A DNA stretch of 64,000 nt, taken from an uncultured Gammaproteobacteria bacterium. GTDB lineage: Bacteria > Pseudomonadota > Gammaproteobacteria > UBA9214. Every line of letters starts with the position of its first letter. The first letter of the stretch is position 1. Shown here in pieces: positions 62,920 to 64,000 of the stretch. A program made the position numbers and the translations under genes. The notes under the pieces are model-generated. The model was not told the origin of the DNA and ran no database searches. It saw nothing but the letters and a program-made list of their open reading frames with translations. The stretch covers positions 1 through 64,000 of the forward strand of contig CAVYZN010000021.1 in assembly GCA_963773065.1 (NCBI GenBank), given 5' to 3'.

Positions 62920-64000
62920 TCAGGCGCCGCGCCCTGTGGTCGTGCCCAGATCGCTGGCGCAGTACTCCTCCCAGTCCTTCTCGACGGTCTCGGCCGTCTC
63001 GATGGCCAGATTCAGCAGCGTCTTTTTCCACTTCCTTTCCTTCGCAAAGGCGATGAGTACATCCTCATTCGCCGAACCCTGGCGCCCGCTGCTGCGCAGT
63101 TGCGCCCAGGCGAGAATCTGGCCCATGGTAGCAATGGCGGTTTCCAGCCGGCGCAGTTTGCCCTGCCACGCCGCCAGGTCAACGCGGTCCGCCGAGGGCT
63201 GCAGATCCCTGAGCACGCAGGCGCGCGCATCGAGCGTCACCGGCGCGAGGAAAGCCTGGGATACCGCCTGCATGCGCTGCTGCAGGCAGACAACACGTTC
63301 CGCCTCGTTTAGCCAATCCGGTTGTGGCACTTTGAGATGGTCGATCAGTGAAGACGGCAGAGACTGCTTGAGATCCAGCACATAGTTGCCGTCCGGTGAG
63401 CCCTTGCCCTCCACCAGCAACGCGTAACGCTCGACGCCCAGACTGCCCGTGCCGGTGATGCGCCGCGCGACGTCCAGCAAGCGGTAGAAGTTCGGTTCGG
63501 CCTGCTGTGTCGCGAACGCTTCCATGAAGTCTTCGATCTGCGCGCGTTGCTCGTCGCCGACAGCCAGCGTTTTCTTGCAGTCGAGGCGGATATGGCGCCG
63601 CTCCCCTTTCAGTTCGGTGCGGGAATCGAGAAAATCCTTGCGGCTCCTCTTCTTCAACGCGTCGAGCTGATCCTGGATCAAACCTTCCGCCGACTCGCGC
63701 TCCACCCAGCGCGCCTTGCCATCGACCAGGGCCGCGGCGTAGGCATCGAGAAAACGCAGGCACAGCGCCGTCACTTCCGCCGCGTTTACGCGCAGGCTGT
63801 GCGCACCGACGCGCACGCTGGCCAGGAAGCGCAGCGCATCCCATGTGCAGGGCGCGAGCGCCGCTTCGTCGAAATCGTTGATGTCGAAATAGACCAACCG
63901 GTTATCGCCCTTGTAGCTGCCGAAATTCTGAAAGTGCAGGTCGCCGCAGGCCCAGGCCGCCGGCGCGCGGCTCAGCACTTCGTCACCAGGAAGACGCTCC
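62920..64000 (-). CDS. DUF2252-family kinase-like protein (5' end off the window)
   Basis: CGDLHFQNFG, FDINDFDEA, GTGSLGVERY, LDLKQ, AQLRSSGRQGS. Confidence 0.85.
   Translation of the reverse strand, partial: ERLPGDEVLSRAPAAWACGDLHFQNFGSYKGDNRLVYFDINDFDEAALAPCTWDALRFLASVRVGAHSLRVNAAEVTALCLRFLDAYAAALVDGKARWVERESAEGLIQDQLDALKKRSRKDFLDSRTELKGERRHIRLDCKKTLAVGDEQRAQIEDFMEAFATQQAEPNFYRLLDVARRITGTGSLGVERYALLVEGKGSPDGNYVLDLKQSLPSSLIDHLKVPQPDWLNEAERVVCLQQRMQAVSQAFLAPVTLDARACVLRDLQPSADRVDLAAWQGKLRRLETAIATMGQILAWAQLRSSGRQGSANEDVLIAFAKERKWKKTLLNLAIETAETVEKDWEEYCASDLGTTTGRGA

Overview
This is a GC-rich gammaproteobacterial chromosome segment (inferred from gene order). It is mostly conserved core genes: yciI/ispZ/yciO/trpS/scpAB/rluB; gph-ubiG-mtaD, mtnA, gyrA-serC-serA-pheA-hisC-tyrA-aroA-cmk-rpsA-ihfB-pyrF; manC-galU; aspC, uvrB; tRNA-Asn and tRNA-Val. 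Many genes, including essential ones, carry 1-nt indels, which look like long-read assembly errors. Accessory content: (1) 15.7-24.2 kb holds a trans-envelope cyclic-nucleotide module: a CHASE2 class III cyclase with non-canonical Asp/Arg specificity residues, a FecR-TPR-beta-barrel outer-membrane receptor, a Crp regulator and a small Cys-hairpin peptide. (2) A ~8.1 kb decayed island at tRNA-Asn carries a Sel1 protein, a MITE, an IS3 and two paralogous double-glycine-leader peptide genes, each with its own sigma54 promoter and near-identical terminator. (3) An AT-rich three-gene toxin/antitoxin/DUF6941-like module follows tRNA-Val. (4) An IS1380 sits between pheA and hisC, and a MITE family is present, one copy of which contains nested 47-bp mini-elements. 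Family assignments come from motif recognition only; no searches were run.
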